NCBI GenBank assembly: GCA_031409275.1 | Contig: JANNXA010000055.1 | Coordinates: 144,163-208,162 of the forward strand | Direction: 5' to 3' | Origin: Planctomycetota bacterium | GTDB lineage: Bacteria > Planctomycetota > B15-G4 > SIAN01 | Length of the DNA: 64,000 nt | Shown here: positions 9,153 to 18,762 of the stretch, in pieces | Position numbering within the stretch: position 1 is the first letter of the stretch | Layout: every line of letters begins with the position of its first letter | Notes under the pieces: generated by a model | Told to the model about the DNA's origin: nothing | The model's input: the letters and a program-made list of their open reading frames with translations, nothing else | Databases searched by the model: none | Position numbers and translations under genes: made by a program

Positions 9153-9934
9153 GGCTCGCGACCTCCGAGGAAGTGGGCGGCCACGGCCAGCGCGAAGGCG
9201 AGCCAGGCGCAACCCGTGACCCACCGCTCTTTCGTCGTCGCCGATCCGGACCGCGTGCCCGCCGCCGCCAGCGCGCTGACTCGCTCCGGTCGCGCCTCGC
9301 TCCACTCGACGGCGTCGCCTCCCGAAGCAGGATCGGCCCGCGGCAATGCCGCCGGCGTCGACCGACCCAGAGGCGTCGCATCGATCCGATGTCCTTTCGC
9401 GCTCGCCTCGGCCAACAGCGGCGCGGGATCGCTTCCCTCCCACTCGCCATCGCTCAACAACCACAGCTCCTCGCCGCTGACCATCGTGGCCAGCGCCAGC
9501 GTCACGCCGGCTCCCGCGTCGCTGCCGGCGTCTGCGATGCGCAGCGGGTCGAGTTCACCGACGAGTTCGAGCAGTGCGGCATGGTCCGCCGTCGGTGGCG
9601 CCACGGTCCACGCCGTTCCAGCGAACGCGACCACGCCGACGCGGCGCCCCGCTTCACGCACGAGACGCGTCTTCAGGCATTCGATCGCTCGCTGCCAGCG
9701 CGTCGGCACTTCATCGGCGGCGAGCATGCTGCGCGACAGATCGAGCACGACCCGCAACGCCGGCGGCGCCGCGCCGCCCGCTGACGGCTGCGCCGAGCGC
9801 GGTCCCGCCAACGCGATGACGAGGAACGCGAGCGCCAGCGCCTCGCACCACGCCCGCGCTCCCCGCGCGCGCCACGCCAGCAGCGCGATCACCGCGAACA
9901 GCGCCCAGAACCAATGCGGTGCAGCGAAGCTCAT
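9149..9934 (-). CDS. VWA-domain protein (BatB-like)
   Basis: MSFAAPHWFWALFAVIALLAW is a BatA/BatB-type N-terminal TM segment. The VWA metal-ion-dependent adhesion site (MIDAS) region is LRVVLDLSRSM and the VWA core is VGVVAFAG. The start is set at the MSFAAP methionine. Confidence 0.75.
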   Translation of the reverse strand: MSFAAPHWFWALFAVIALLAWRARGARAWCEALALAFLVIALAGPRSAQPSAGGAAPPALRVVLDLSRSMLAADEVPTRWQRAIECLKTRLVREAGRRVGVVAFAGTAWTVAPPTADHAALLELVGELDPLRIADAGSDAGAGVTLALATMVSGEELWLLSDGEWEGSDPAPLLAEASAKGHRIDATPLGRSTPAALPRADPASGGDAVEWSEARPERVSALAAAGTRSGSATTKERWVTGCAWLAFALAVAAHFLGGREP

Positions 9935-10899
9935 GGCAAGCTCCGCAGCCAGCGTCGCTCGACCGTGACCAGCAGGCACCAGCCGATCAACACGGCGACC
10001 CACAGGCCGTTGCCGAGCGGCTGCTCGATCACTCCTTCGCGGCGTTGCGTCGGTCGCTGCTCGAGCGCATCGATCGTCGCCCACGCGGATTGCAACGCGC
10101 TGGCATCGCGAGCGACGAACGCCGTCCCGCCGGTCGTGCTGGCGATCGATTCGAGCAGCTGCGTATCGACCGCCGGCCGGCCGCTGCCGAACTCCTCGCC
10201 GGCGCCCAGAGCGATGGGATAGACCCGTACCTGCTCGGCGCGACAGAAGTCGGCGCCTTCGAGCGGCTCGATCGGGCCGACGTTGTTGGCGCCATCCGTG
10301 ACCAGGATCAGGACGCGCGTGCGGCCGCTGCCCGCGGCGAGGCGCGCAGCGCCGTCCGCCAGCGCCACACCGATTCCGGTGCGATCCTCCTCGCCAGCGG
10401 CCGCGACGGGCGCGGTCTGCGCGAGCATCGCCTCGAACAGCGCATGGTCCCAGGTGAGCGGACAGCGCAGTCGTGGGTAGCGGGCGAAGGTGATCAAGCC
10501 GAGTCGATCACCGGGGCGACGTCCGGCGAAGGTACGCGCCGCTTCGCGCGCCGCGTCGAAGCGCCGGCTCGCAAACGACCCTGCGAGCGTCGCAGTCATC
10601 GACGACGAAGCGTCGAGCGCCACGAGCAGGTCGACGCCCGGGCGCTCGTCGGTCAGCGCGCGCCGAGCAAGTCGCGGATTCGCCAGCGCCAGCGCAAACA
10701 GGACGAGCAGCAGCGCGCGCAACGCGGGCCATGCGGCGGCGAGGCGGTCGAGCCGCGTGACGGGCAACCCGCCGAGCCACCCAAAATCGGCGAACGCCTC
10801 GCCTTTGGTCTGGCGCCGGCGGCGCGCGAACTCGGCGACCAGCAGCAAGGGGAGCGTCGCAACGAAGAGCCACGGATCGGCGAAATCGAGCGCGCTCAT
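9931..10899 (-). CDS. VWA-domain protein (BatA-like)
   Basis: MSALDFADPWLFVATLPLLLV is the TM N-terminus. The MIDAS region is DLLVALDASSSM and the VWA core is LGLITFA. The start is set at MSALDF, and the stop overlaps the next gene's start. Confidence 0.75.
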   Translation of the reverse strand: MSALDFADPWLFVATLPLLLVAEFARRRRQTKGEAFADFGWLGGLPVTRLDRLAAAWPALRALLLVLFALALANPRLARRALTDERPGVDLLVALDASSSMTATLAGSFASRRFDAAREAARTFAGRRPGDRLGLITFARYPRLRCPLTWDHALFEAMLAQTAPVAAAGEEDRTGIGVALADGAARLAAGSGRTRVLILVTDGANNVGPIEPLEGADFCRAEQVRVYPIALGAGEEFGSGRPAVDTQLLESIASTTGGTAFVARDASALQSAWATIDALEQRPTQRREGVIEQPLGNGLWVAVLIGWCLLVTVERRWLRSLP

Positions 10900-11780
10900 C
10901 GATCGCCCTCGTCGAGCGCGTTGGCGAGGCGAACGCCGAGATCCGCCGCGAGGCGCGCGGCCCCGTCGGCGGCGAAGCGCGCGTGCTCGAGTTCGTCGAG
11001 CAGCTGCGACCAGCGCCCCTGCTGAGCGAGCGGCCACGCGCCAGCGCCGCTCGCTGCGAGCAGCTCCGGCAGCGTCCAGGCGTAGTCGCAGCGCTCGCTG
11101 CGCGTCATGAACTCGACGCGCAGCAACGCTTCCACGCGCGCGCCCCACACCCGGCGCGCTTCGAAGTCGGACGGCAGTGGCTCACGCAGCAGCGCTCGAT
11201 CGCGGCCGGCTTCCGACGGCTCCGGTCGCGGCGCGCCCTGCGTGTGATCGCCGCGCCGCCGGCGAACGCCGTACACCCACGCGCTCACGACGGCGAGGAG
11301 GATCGCTCCGATCACGATCCGCTGGCGCCCCTTCGTTGGAGTCGGAGGCTCCCGCTCCGGGCGCCGCCATTCGGCAAACGGCGGCGGCGCAAAGCCTTCC
11401 GCCCACGGCGACTGCACGTCGACCTGGAACACTTCGCTTTCGAGGCGTTGCTCCGCGCCGTCCGCCATTCGCAGCACGAACGCGAAAGGCCCCGGATCGA
11501 AGCGACCCGGCGCGCATGCCTGCAGTCGCCAGATCAGCCGCGCGGTCCGGTCGGTTGCGTCAGCCGGAGAACTTGCCTGATCGAGCAGAACGAAGGCGGG
11601 ATCGAGGTCGAGGCGTCCGCCCAGGCGCAGCGCCGCGCCGATCTCCGCTTCCGTTTCGAAGGTCCACTCGAGCTTCGCGCCGAGCGCGACGAGCGGAGGG
11701 TCGACCACCACGCGCGCCGTTCCCACCGAGCTCGCTTGCGCGGCGAACGCCAACACGACGGCGACGGTCGCGCCGCTCAT
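10896..11780 (-). CDS. Hypothetical membrane protein of the Bat-like cluster (signal peptide plus one internal TM), sitting between DUF58 and the VWA genes
   Basis: It has a signal peptide MSGATVAVVLAFAAQASS and an internal TM IVIGAILLAVVSAWVYGV. Stop and start overlap on both sides, so it is operon-coupled. Confidence 0.55.
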   Translation of the reverse strand: MSGATVAVVLAFAAQASSVGTARVVVDPPLVALGAKLEWTFETEAEIGAALRLGGRLDLDPAFVLLDQASSPADATDRTARLIWRLQACAPGRFDPGPFAFVLRMADGAEQRLESEVFQVDVQSPWAEGFAPPPFAEWRRPEREPPTPTKGRQRIVIGAILLAVVSAWVYGVRRRRGDHTQGAPRPEPSEAGRDRALLREPLPSDFEARRVWGARVEALLRVEFMTRSERCDYAWTLPELLAASGAGAWPLAQQGRWSQLLDELEHARFAADGAARLAADLGVRLANALDEGDR

Positions 11781-12676
11781 CGCCGCCTCCGGATGGCGCG
11801 CCGGCGCGCCCACGCCAACACCGGCGCCAGCAGATCACCGTCCGCGTCGAGTTCGACCCAGTCGGCGCCCAGCCGGCGCGCTCGCGCCGCCGCCGCCGCT
11901 CGCTCCGACTCGATCCGCTGCAGGAGAGCGGCGCGCACGCGCGGGTTTCCCAGATCGACGACCCGCCGCGCGCCCCCTTCGGGGTCGTCGAAGCGCCAGC
12001 GACCGCTCGTCGGCAATCGCGCCACGAGCCCGGCTCGCAACGCCAGGAAGACGAGGTCGTGGCGCTTCGCGACGCGCGCCAGCGTGGCATCGCTCGCCGC
12101 GGCGTGCGCGTCGCTGACCACGAAGAGCAGGAGCGGGCGGCCACGAATGCGCATCACGCTGGCCAAGGTCGCATCGAGGTCGGTGGCGGGCGGAGCATCG
12201 TCGTACGCGAGCCACTGCGCCACCCACGCCAGCCACGCGGTCAATCCATGGCGCGGCGCGACCCATCGCAGCAGGTCGCCCGCGAAGATCCCGGCGCCGA
12301 CCCGGTCGCCCGCCTGCGCCGCCGACCAGCCGATCACGGTCAGCAGCTCCGCCGCTGCAGCGCGCCACGGTCGCGTGCCGGCGGCCACCGCGGTGCTGCG
12401 CGATCCGTCGAGCAGCATCACGACCGACTGCTCGCGCTCCTCGTCGTATCGCTTCACCTGCAGACGGCCGCTGCGTGCCGTCACGTTCCAATCGATCGTG
12501 CGCGCATCGTCGCCGACGACATAGTCGCGCACCTCGGCGAACTCGACCCCGGCGCCGCGCACGGCGCTCGTCCATGCCCCGCCGAGTCCAGCGCGCACGG
12601 CTTCACGCGCACGCAGCTCCAGCGCGCGCACGGCGGCGACCACGCGCGGATCGGGGGACGGCAGCGCCATGGCCAA
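11777..12676 (-). CDS. DUF58 family protein (MoxR-associated)
   Basis: VEFAEVRDYVVGDDARTIDWNVTAR is the DUF58 signature. It lies immediately downstream of MoxR. Confidence 0.8.
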   Translation of the reverse strand: MAMALPSPDPRVVAAVRALELRAREAVRAGLGGAWTSAVRGAGVEFAEVRDYVVGDDARTIDWNVTARSGRLQVKRYDEEREQSVVMLLDGSRSTAVAAGTRPWRAAAAELLTVIGWSAAQAGDRVGAGIFAGDLLRWVAPRHGLTAWLAWVAQWLAYDDAPPATDLDATLASVMRIRGRPLLLFVVSDAHAAASDATLARVAKRHDLVFLALRAGLVARLPTSGRWRFDDPEGGARRVVDLGNPRVRAALLQRIESERAAAAARARRLGADWVELDADGDLLAPVLAWARRRAIRRRR

Positions 12677-12682
12677 CTCGGC

Positions 12683-13651
12683 TCAGGGCGCCGGCACGGT
12701 GCGCAACAGGTCGGCGAGCAGCTCGTCGACCGTGCGACCCGCCGCTTCCGCCTCGAAGCTGAGCAACAGGCGATGGCGAAGCACGTCGGGCGCGAGTTCC
12801 TTGACGTCGCTTGGCGCCACGAACGCGCGACCGCGCAGCAACGCCAGCGCCTTCGCCGCCACCAACAGCGCCAGCGAGGCGCGCGGTGAGGCGCCCAGCC
12901 GCAATTCGCGGCGCGTCGGCTCGCGCGTCGCGGCGACGATGCGCAGGACGTAGTCGTGGATCTCCGGCGCCGCGTGGATGCGATCGAGGAGCGCGCGCGC
13001 CGACAGCAGTTCCGCGCGCGTCGCCACCGCCTGCAGCGGGCGCGTCGCCGCGCCCCGTCCATGACGGCGCAGGATCTCCTCCTCTTCGCTGCGCTGCGGG
13101 TAGCCGAGCCGGACCTGGAACAGGAAGCGGTCGAGTTCCGCCTCCGGCAGCGGATAGGTCCCTTCGTGCTCGAGCGGGTTCTGCGTGGCGAACACGACGA
13201 ACGGCACCGGCAGCGGCAGCGACTGCTCGCCGATGGTCACTTGCCGCTCCTGCATCGCTTCGAGCAGAGCGCTCTGCACCTTGGGCGGCGCGCGGTTGAT
13301 CTCGTCGGCGAGGACGAGCTCCGCGAAGAGCGGTCCGCGCCGCACGGTGAAGTCGCCGCTGCCCGGTCGGAACAGCTGCGTGCCGATGACGTCGGCCGGC
13401 AGCAGGTCGGGAGTGAACTGGATGCGCTTGAAGGCGAGTCCGCTGGCCTGCGCCAACGCCGCGACCGCGAGGCTCTTGCCGAGACCGGGGACTCCCTCGA
13501 TCAGCGCGTGACCGTCGGCGAGCAGCGCGACGAGCAGTCGGCGCACGAGCAGCTGCTGCCCGACCAGCACCGTCCCCACTTCCGCCTCGATGTGGGCGAA
13601 GAGCTCTCCGGCGATCTCGATCTCGTGTTGCGCTGCGCTCTCTGCCGCCAC
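12683..13651 (-). CDS. MoxR-family AAA+ ATPase
   Basis: Walker A is LIEGVPGLGKS, Walker B is LVLADEINR, and QNPLEHEGTYPLPEAELDRF matches the MoxR signature. The track ORF extends to 13732. I chose the GTG 4 nt after the HEAT-gene stop, which gives a typical 322-aa MoxR; the start is uncertain. Confidence 0.85.
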   Translation of the reverse strand: MAAESAAQHEIEIAGELFAHIEAEVGTVLVGQQLLVRRLLVALLADGHALIEGVPGLGKSLAVAALAQASGLAFKRIQFTPDLLPADVIGTQLFRPGSGDFTVRRGPLFAELVLADEINRAPPKVQSALLEAMQERQVTIGEQSLPLPVPFVVFATQNPLEHEGTYPLPEAELDRFLFQVRLGYPQRSEEEEILRRHGRGAATRPLQAVATRAELLSARALLDRIHAAPEIHDYVLRIVAATREPTRRELRLGASPRASLALLVAAKALALLRGRAFVAPSDVKELAPDVLRHRLLLSFEAEAAGRTVDELLADLLRTVPAP

Positions 13652-13655
13652 TCGT

Positions 13656-16574
13656 TCAGTGTCCGTTTCCAGCCCCGCCACCCGCGGCCTGAACCGACGT
13701 CGCCTCGCGCCAGCGCGCGGCGAGCGCCGCAATCACCGCAGGCTCGGCCTCGGTCGCCAGGCTGCCGAGCGAACGGCCGTGGATGGCTTCGAGCAGTTCG
13801 AGCGCGCTGCGTCGAACGAACCAGCGCGGATCCTCGATGGCCGCGACGAACAAGCGCTGGAACGCCGCGTCGCGGTAGTCGCTGCCCGCAGGAACCACTG
13901 CCCCCGCCTCCTTCAACGCTGACAGGAAGTGGTCGAGGTGGCTCGCGCTCGGAGCGGCTTCATGCAGGGAACGAAACTTCCACGTCTCGGTTCCCGGATC
14001 GTGGCAGAAAAGGTAGGTCAGCAGCGTCTGCGCACGTCGGTGGGAGCGCTCCTCCTCGAGGTCGGCGAGCAGGACCGGAACGGCATCCATCTCGCCGAGG
14101 TCCGCGAGTCCATAGGCGGCTTCTCGCGCCAGGGCGCCCTGCTCTTCGGTGAGCAGTCGGCGCAATCGAGCGACCGCCAACGATCGCGGCAGCGCCTTGA
14201 TCCCGGCCAGCGCCAGGCGGCCGATCGCTGCCGTGGTGCCGACCTCGCGCGCGATCCCTTCGAGCGCGGCCGCCGCCGCTTCGTCGCCACGCTTGGTGAG
14301 TCCTTCGAGCGCTGCCGCTGCCAGCGAGGTGTCGTCGCCGCGCACGGTCGCCACCAGCATCGCCAACGCGTCGTCGCGATGGGAGAGGCCGAGCCACCGC
14401 AGCGCTTCGGCACGGACCGCCATCGGCGCCGACTGCGCCTGCTCGAGCAGCAGTGCAACGCCCGCCTCGCCCCCTTGGCGCGCCAAGAGCGACAACGCCT
14501 TGCTGCGTACGCGCTCCTCGGCATCCGTGCGCGCGACGGCAACGAGCCGCTCGTCGTCGAAGCGAACCCCGTCGCGCTCGGCGATCGTCAACGCCGCAAG
14601 GCGCACGAGCGGTCGCGGGTCGTCGAGCGAACGCTCGATCCGATTCATCCGCGTCACGGCGCTCACGATCAGGTCGAGCGCGGCGCCACCGCGAGGCGCG
14701 ATCGCATCGACGACGCGATCGAACGCGTCGTCGCGATTCGTGGAGATCAGCAGTTCGATCACCTTCTGCGTCCGCGCGTCACCGAACGGGAGCTTGGCGA
14801 GCAATGCGGCCAGGCTGTCGATCTGCGTCGCACGGACGCTGCCACCGAGATCATCGATGCGCGCGAGCACGACGAAGGCCTGCCGCGCCGCCACCGGATC
14901 GTCCGAGGCCATCTGGGCCAGTGCCAGGTCGAGCAGTCGCGAGCGCCGCGCCGCCGCGTCCTCGTGCGTCGAGAACCACGCCTGCTCCTCCGCGAAGCGC
15001 GACGGGAAGGTGCCATCGAGCGGCAGCAGCAGCTGCCAGAGCGACGGCTCGACGGCGCGCCGAATCAGTCGTTCGAACTCGATGCCGCGCGCCTCTTCGG
15101 CCCGCAGCGCGACGACTCGCTCCTTGCCGCGCGACGTCAGTCGGAGCATTCGGTCGCCCGCGGCGGCAGGTTGCAGCTGGCGCGGCAGCTCCGCGTCGAG
15201 CAGGCCGGCGTCCTGCAGATGCGAGAGCAGGTCCCGCATCGGTTCGGCCCCGAGGTAGATCGCGCCGGGACGCTGGCCCGACGCGATCGCGGTGCGCTGG
15301 TGCTCACCGCACACGATGACGTCGGTCTGCAGTTGCCCGGTCGCGTCCGCGCTCTGCACGGTCACGACCGCATCCTGCGCATCTTCATCGAGGACGAGCA
15401 TTTGCAGCTCGCGACGCCCCTCGAAGCGCGCGGTCGGATGGGCCGCGAACCACTCGCGCCAAGCCGGCACGCTCGGCCCGAGCCGCTCGCCCGTCAGCAC
15501 CTCGAGGCAGGTGACGGCGGTCTTGAAGCAGAGTTCGAAGTCACCGAAGAAGCGGCCATTCACCACGACGTCGACGAGCGCCGGGACCACCTGTTCCTGC
15601 GTCACCGGGCCGTACGACTCGCTGCGGTAGCCGATCGTGCCGCAAACGACGCACGCCGTGGCCTGCAACAACGGGTCGCTCGTGCGCACCATCGGCAGGA
15701 ATCGATCGAACAGCGCTTCCGGAAGCAGAGCGGTCGCGGTGCGCTGCTCATGTAGCACCAGCGCGAGCGCCGCGTGGAGGTTGCGCCGCTCCCGTTCACC
15801 GCCGGCGAGCCGAGCGAGCTCGGCCACGACCGCGGGGTCGTCCTCCCACGACAGGAGCTTCGTCGCCTCGATCGCCAACGAGGGATCGCGATCGCCGAGG
15901 AAGCGCTCGAGCGCCAGCGCCGGCAGCGTCGGCTCCTTCATGTCGCGCAGCAGTTCGAAGAGATCGAGGCGCACACCTTCCGAACGCGTCGCCACCAGCT
16001 TGCGCATCAGCTCCGCGCGCACCTCCGGAGTCGCATGCAGACGCAGCAGCGCCGTCGCCGCGCCGCGCAAGGGCGCCTGCTCGGAGTCGAGGAAACGCAG
16101 CGCCAACGCGCCGCCGCGCGCTTCGTCGAGTTCGAACAGGGAGGCGAGCAGCGGTGCGAAGCGCGTCCGTTGACGCGGGTCGGCGAAGAGCTTCTCGATC
16201 TGGGGGAACGACTCGCCGTCCGCCAGCAGGCAGAGCCCGCGCGCCGCAGCCGTCCGCTCGAGGACGGTGCCGTCCTTCAACCGCGCCCGCAGGAGCGGGA
16301 CGAGCTCCGGGCCGCGCGCCACCAGGGCGCGCAGCGCCCGCTCGCCCGACTCGCCGGGCCACGTCGTGATGAGGGGCAACGCCTTGGCGAGCGCCTGCTC
16401 CGACGTGACGACCACAGGCTCTTTCGAGTCGCGGTCACGCGGCTTGTCGCCGTGGTCGAATTCGGGGCGATCGCGATCCTGCTTGCCCGCGCCGCCGCCA
16501 CTCTGTGCCGCAGCGGGCGACGATAAAACGACAAGAGCGGCGAGCACCGCCGGCAGTTTCCACATGAACGTCAT
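13656..16574 (-). CDS. Secreted HEAT/PBS-lyase-repeat protein (972 aa)
   Basis: The signal peptide is MTFMWKLPAVLAALVVLSSPAAAQ. The whole length is Leu/Ala-rich helical repeats (repeated ...ALxxLGD/ALRxL..., HEAT-like). The stop lies 4 nt before the moxR start. Confidence 0.75.
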   Translation of the reverse strand: MTFMWKLPAVLAALVVLSSPAAAQSGGGAGKQDRDRPEFDHGDKPRDRDSKEPVVVTSEQALAKALPLITTWPGESGERALRALVARGPELVPLLRARLKDGTVLERTAAARGLCLLADGESFPQIEKLFADPRQRTRFAPLLASLFELDEARGGALALRFLDSEQAPLRGAATALLRLHATPEVRAELMRKLVATRSEGVRLDLFELLRDMKEPTLPALALERFLGDRDPSLAIEATKLLSWEDDPAVVAELARLAGGERERRNLHAALALVLHEQRTATALLPEALFDRFLPMVRTSDPLLQATACVVCGTIGYRSESYGPVTQEQVVPALVDVVVNGRFFGDFELCFKTAVTCLEVLTGERLGPSVPAWREWFAAHPTARFEGRRELQMLVLDEDAQDAVVTVQSADATGQLQTDVIVCGEHQRTAIASGQRPGAIYLGAEPMRDLLSHLQDAGLLDAELPRQLQPAAAGDRMLRLTSRGKERVVALRAEEARGIEFERLIRRAVEPSLWQLLLPLDGTFPSRFAEEQAWFSTHEDAAARRSRLLDLALAQMASDDPVAARQAFVVLARIDDLGGSVRATQIDSLAALLAKLPFGDARTQKVIELLISTNRDDAFDRVVDAIAPRGGAALDLIVSAVTRMNRIERSLDDPRPLVRLAALTIAERDGVRFDDERLVAVARTDAEERVRSKALSLLARQGGEAGVALLLEQAQSAPMAVRAEALRWLGLSHRDDALAMLVATVRGDDTSLAAAALEGLTKRGDEAAAAALEGIAREVGTTAAIGRLALAGIKALPRSLAVARLRRLLTEEQGALAREAAYGLADLGEMDAVPVLLADLEEERSHRRAQTLLTYLFCHDPGTETWKFRSLHEAAPSASHLDHFLSALKEAGAVVPAGSDYRDAAFQRLFVAAIEDPRWFVRRSALELLEAIHGRSLGSLATEAEPAVIAALAARWREATSVQAAGGGAGNGH

Positions 16575-16603
16575 CGCCTCCGCGGACAGGAAGGGCGACG
16601 GAA

Positions 16604-18676
16604 CTACCAGATGGCTTCCACGCTGGCAACTGCAGTGGCACCGAAAGGCATGCCCAGCATGGACTTGCGCGCTCCGGCGAGGAGCGCTCGACGAGCTCCT
16701 TCCACCAGCTCGGGATCGAGCAGCGCCTCCGGGTAGAGACCCGCGAGGATGCCGTGCTGACGGGTGCCGAGGAGCTCGCCGGGCCCACGCAGTCGCAGGT
16801 CGAGCTCCGCGAGGGCGAAGCCGTCGGTGAGGCGCCCGAATTCGGTGAGCCGCTCGATCGCCGCTTCACTCGGATCCTGACACACGAGCAGGCAGCTCGC
16901 GCGGCCGCCGCGCCGCCCGACTCGGCCTCGGATCTGATGGAGCTGAGAGAGGCCGAAGCGGTCGGCGTCGAGCACCACCACCATCGTCGCGTCGGGAACG
17001 TCGATCCCGACTTCGATCACGACGGTGGCGACGAGGATGCGCGCGCGGCCGGCGGCGAAGTCGTCGAGACGCTGCTGCTTCTGCTCCGGATCGAGGCGTC
17101 CGTGCAGCAGCGCCACCGGCGCCGCCGGCCCCACCTCGCGCGCGACCCACGGCGCGACCCGTTCGGCGGCAGCGCGGCCGTTCGGTTTGCCCGACGCCGC
17201 GCTCGCAGCGGCGATGGCGGGACAGACCACGAAGACCTTGCCGCCGGCGGCCAGTTCCGCGCGCAGCCGTTCGCCGAGCGTGCGACGCTGCTCGCCCGCG
17301 AGCAGCTCCGACACCACGCGAATCGGCCCGAACGGACGTTGCCGCAAGATCGAGCCGTCGAGATGGCCGAGCAGCGTCTGCGCGAGAGTCCGTGGAATCG
17401 GTGTCGCCGAGACCAGCAGCAGGTCCGGTGTCGTTCCTTTCGCCACGAGACGGCCGCGCTGCCGAACGCCGAACTTGTGCTGCTCGTCGATCACGACCGC
17501 GGCGAGGTCGCGAAACTGCAGCGGCTGCGAGAAGAGGCGGTGGGTCCCGACGACCCAGGGCGCGGCCACTGGTCGCCGCCGCGTCGACGGCGGCCCACCC
17601 GCGACTCGCAACTCGGGCGGCGGCAGTTGCAGCTTGGTGGCCAGTCGGCTGAGCGTGCCGTGGTGCTGGCGCGCGAGCAGTTCGGTCGGCGCGAGCAGCG
17701 CTCCCTGGCGTCCGAGCCGCGCGGCGACCCACAGTGGGAAGAGCGCGACACGCGTCTTGCCCGATCCCACTTCGCCCGAAAGCAGGCGCGCCATCGCCTG
17801 CGGCTTGGCGTAGTCCTCGACCAGTTCGTCGAGGGCGCGCAACTGATCCGCCGTGCACGCTTCCGGCCATGCGGCGAGGTACTCCTCGAGCCAGGCGCCC
17901 GCCTGCACCGCGACGTCGAGCCCGCCATGCAACGGCCGCCGCGGCCGCGACGAACGACTGGCCGCGAGCCGCTCCTGGATCGCCAACGCCTCCTCGAACG
18001 CCAGGTAGCGGCGGGCGGCCGCGGCCTGCGCATCGTCGCACGGAAAATGGAGCGCCTTGAAGAGCGCGCCGAACGTGGTCGGCAGCCCGGGCAGCAACTC
18101 GGCATGGAGCGGCAGCGGTTGGCACAGCTCCGGCAACTCTCGCTCGAGCAGGTCACGCAGGCAGCGCCGGTGCAACCGCGGTGCGACCTCGTCGGGAAGC
18201 TCGTAATGCGGCTGGTAGGTGGCGGCGGCCGTCGCCGGCGTCGCTAGTTCTTCGGAATGGAGCCACGAACGCACGACCCAACTCGGCGGATCGCGACTCC
18301 CGTCGAACCCGCCGCGCAACAGCAACTCCTCGTGGCGCGCGAACGAACCCGCCAGCCAACGCGGTCCAAACAGGACGCAGGCAAGTTCGCCGCTGGCGTC
18401 GGCGACGGTCAACCGGGTCGCGACGATCCCGCGGCGGCCGCTCGCCTGCTTGCGGACCAGCCGCACGCGAATCGTCGCCTCGCCGATCGGCGGCAGCGCC
18501 ACCACCAGCGTCGGTGCCGCGAACCGAACGTGGCGACGCGGCGGCCAGCGCAGGAGGTCGGCCAACGTCGTGACGCCGCACGCCGCCCACGCCGCGATGC
18601 GTCGCGGCCCGAGGCCGCGCACGCCATCGAGCGGTGCAGAGAGGGACGTCGGTGGAGGCGGACGCGAGGGGCTCAC
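16604..18676 (-). CDS. recG: ATP-dependent DNA helicase RecG
   Basis: The wedge-domain N-terminus LDGVRGLGPRRIAAW is present. Helicase motifs are GEVGSGKT, DEQHKFGV and SATPIPRTL. The track ORF runs to 18838, but that would overrun the divergent gene's promoter, so I used the GTG at 18676 (690 aa). Confidence 0.85.
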   Translation of the reverse strand: MSPSRPPPPTSLSAPLDGVRGLGPRRIAAWAACGVTTLADLLRWPPRRHVRFAAPTLVVALPPIGEATIRVRLVRKQASGRRGIVATRLTVADASGELACVLFGPRWLAGSFARHEELLLRGGFDGSRDPPSWVVRSWLHSEELATPATAAATYQPHYELPDEVAPRLHRRCLRDLLERELPELCQPLPLHAELLPGLPTTFGALFKALHFPCDDAQAAAARRYLAFEEALAIQERLAASRSSRPRRPLHGGLDVAVQAGAWLEEYLAAWPEACTADQLRALDELVEDYAKPQAMARLLSGEVGSGKTRVALFPLWVAARLGRQGALLAPTELLARQHHGTLSRLATKLQLPPPELRVAGGPPSTRRRPVAAPWVVGTHRLFSQPLQFRDLAAVVIDEQHKFGVRQRGRLVAKGTTPDLLLVSATPIPRTLAQTLLGHLDGSILRQRPFGPIRVVSELLAGEQRRTLGERLRAELAAGGKVFVVCPAIAAASAASGKPNGRAAAERVAPWVAREVGPAAPVALLHGRLDPEQKQQRLDDFAAGRARILVATVVIEVGIDVPDATMVVVLDADRFGLSQLHQIRGRVGRRGGRASCLLVCQDPSEAAIERLTEFGRLTDGFALAELDLRLRGPGELLGTRQHGILAGLYPEALLDPELVEGARRALLAGARKSMLGMPFGATAVASVEAIW

Positions 18677-18762
18677 GGTCGTCCACCTATAATCCGCGCC
18701 CCTCCACTCCGCGCCTTCGTCCTGACGTTCCGCGCCTCGAGAAGCTCGCGAAGGAGCCTCCG

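Noticed and set aside
12683-13732. MoxR starting at the track ATG (13732), with a 27-residue Arg-rich leader.
   Set aside because: It would overlap the HEAT-repeat gene by 77 nt, and the leader has shadow-like composition. The GTG at 13651, 4 nt after the HEAT stop, gives a canonical-length MoxR; 13681 remains possible.
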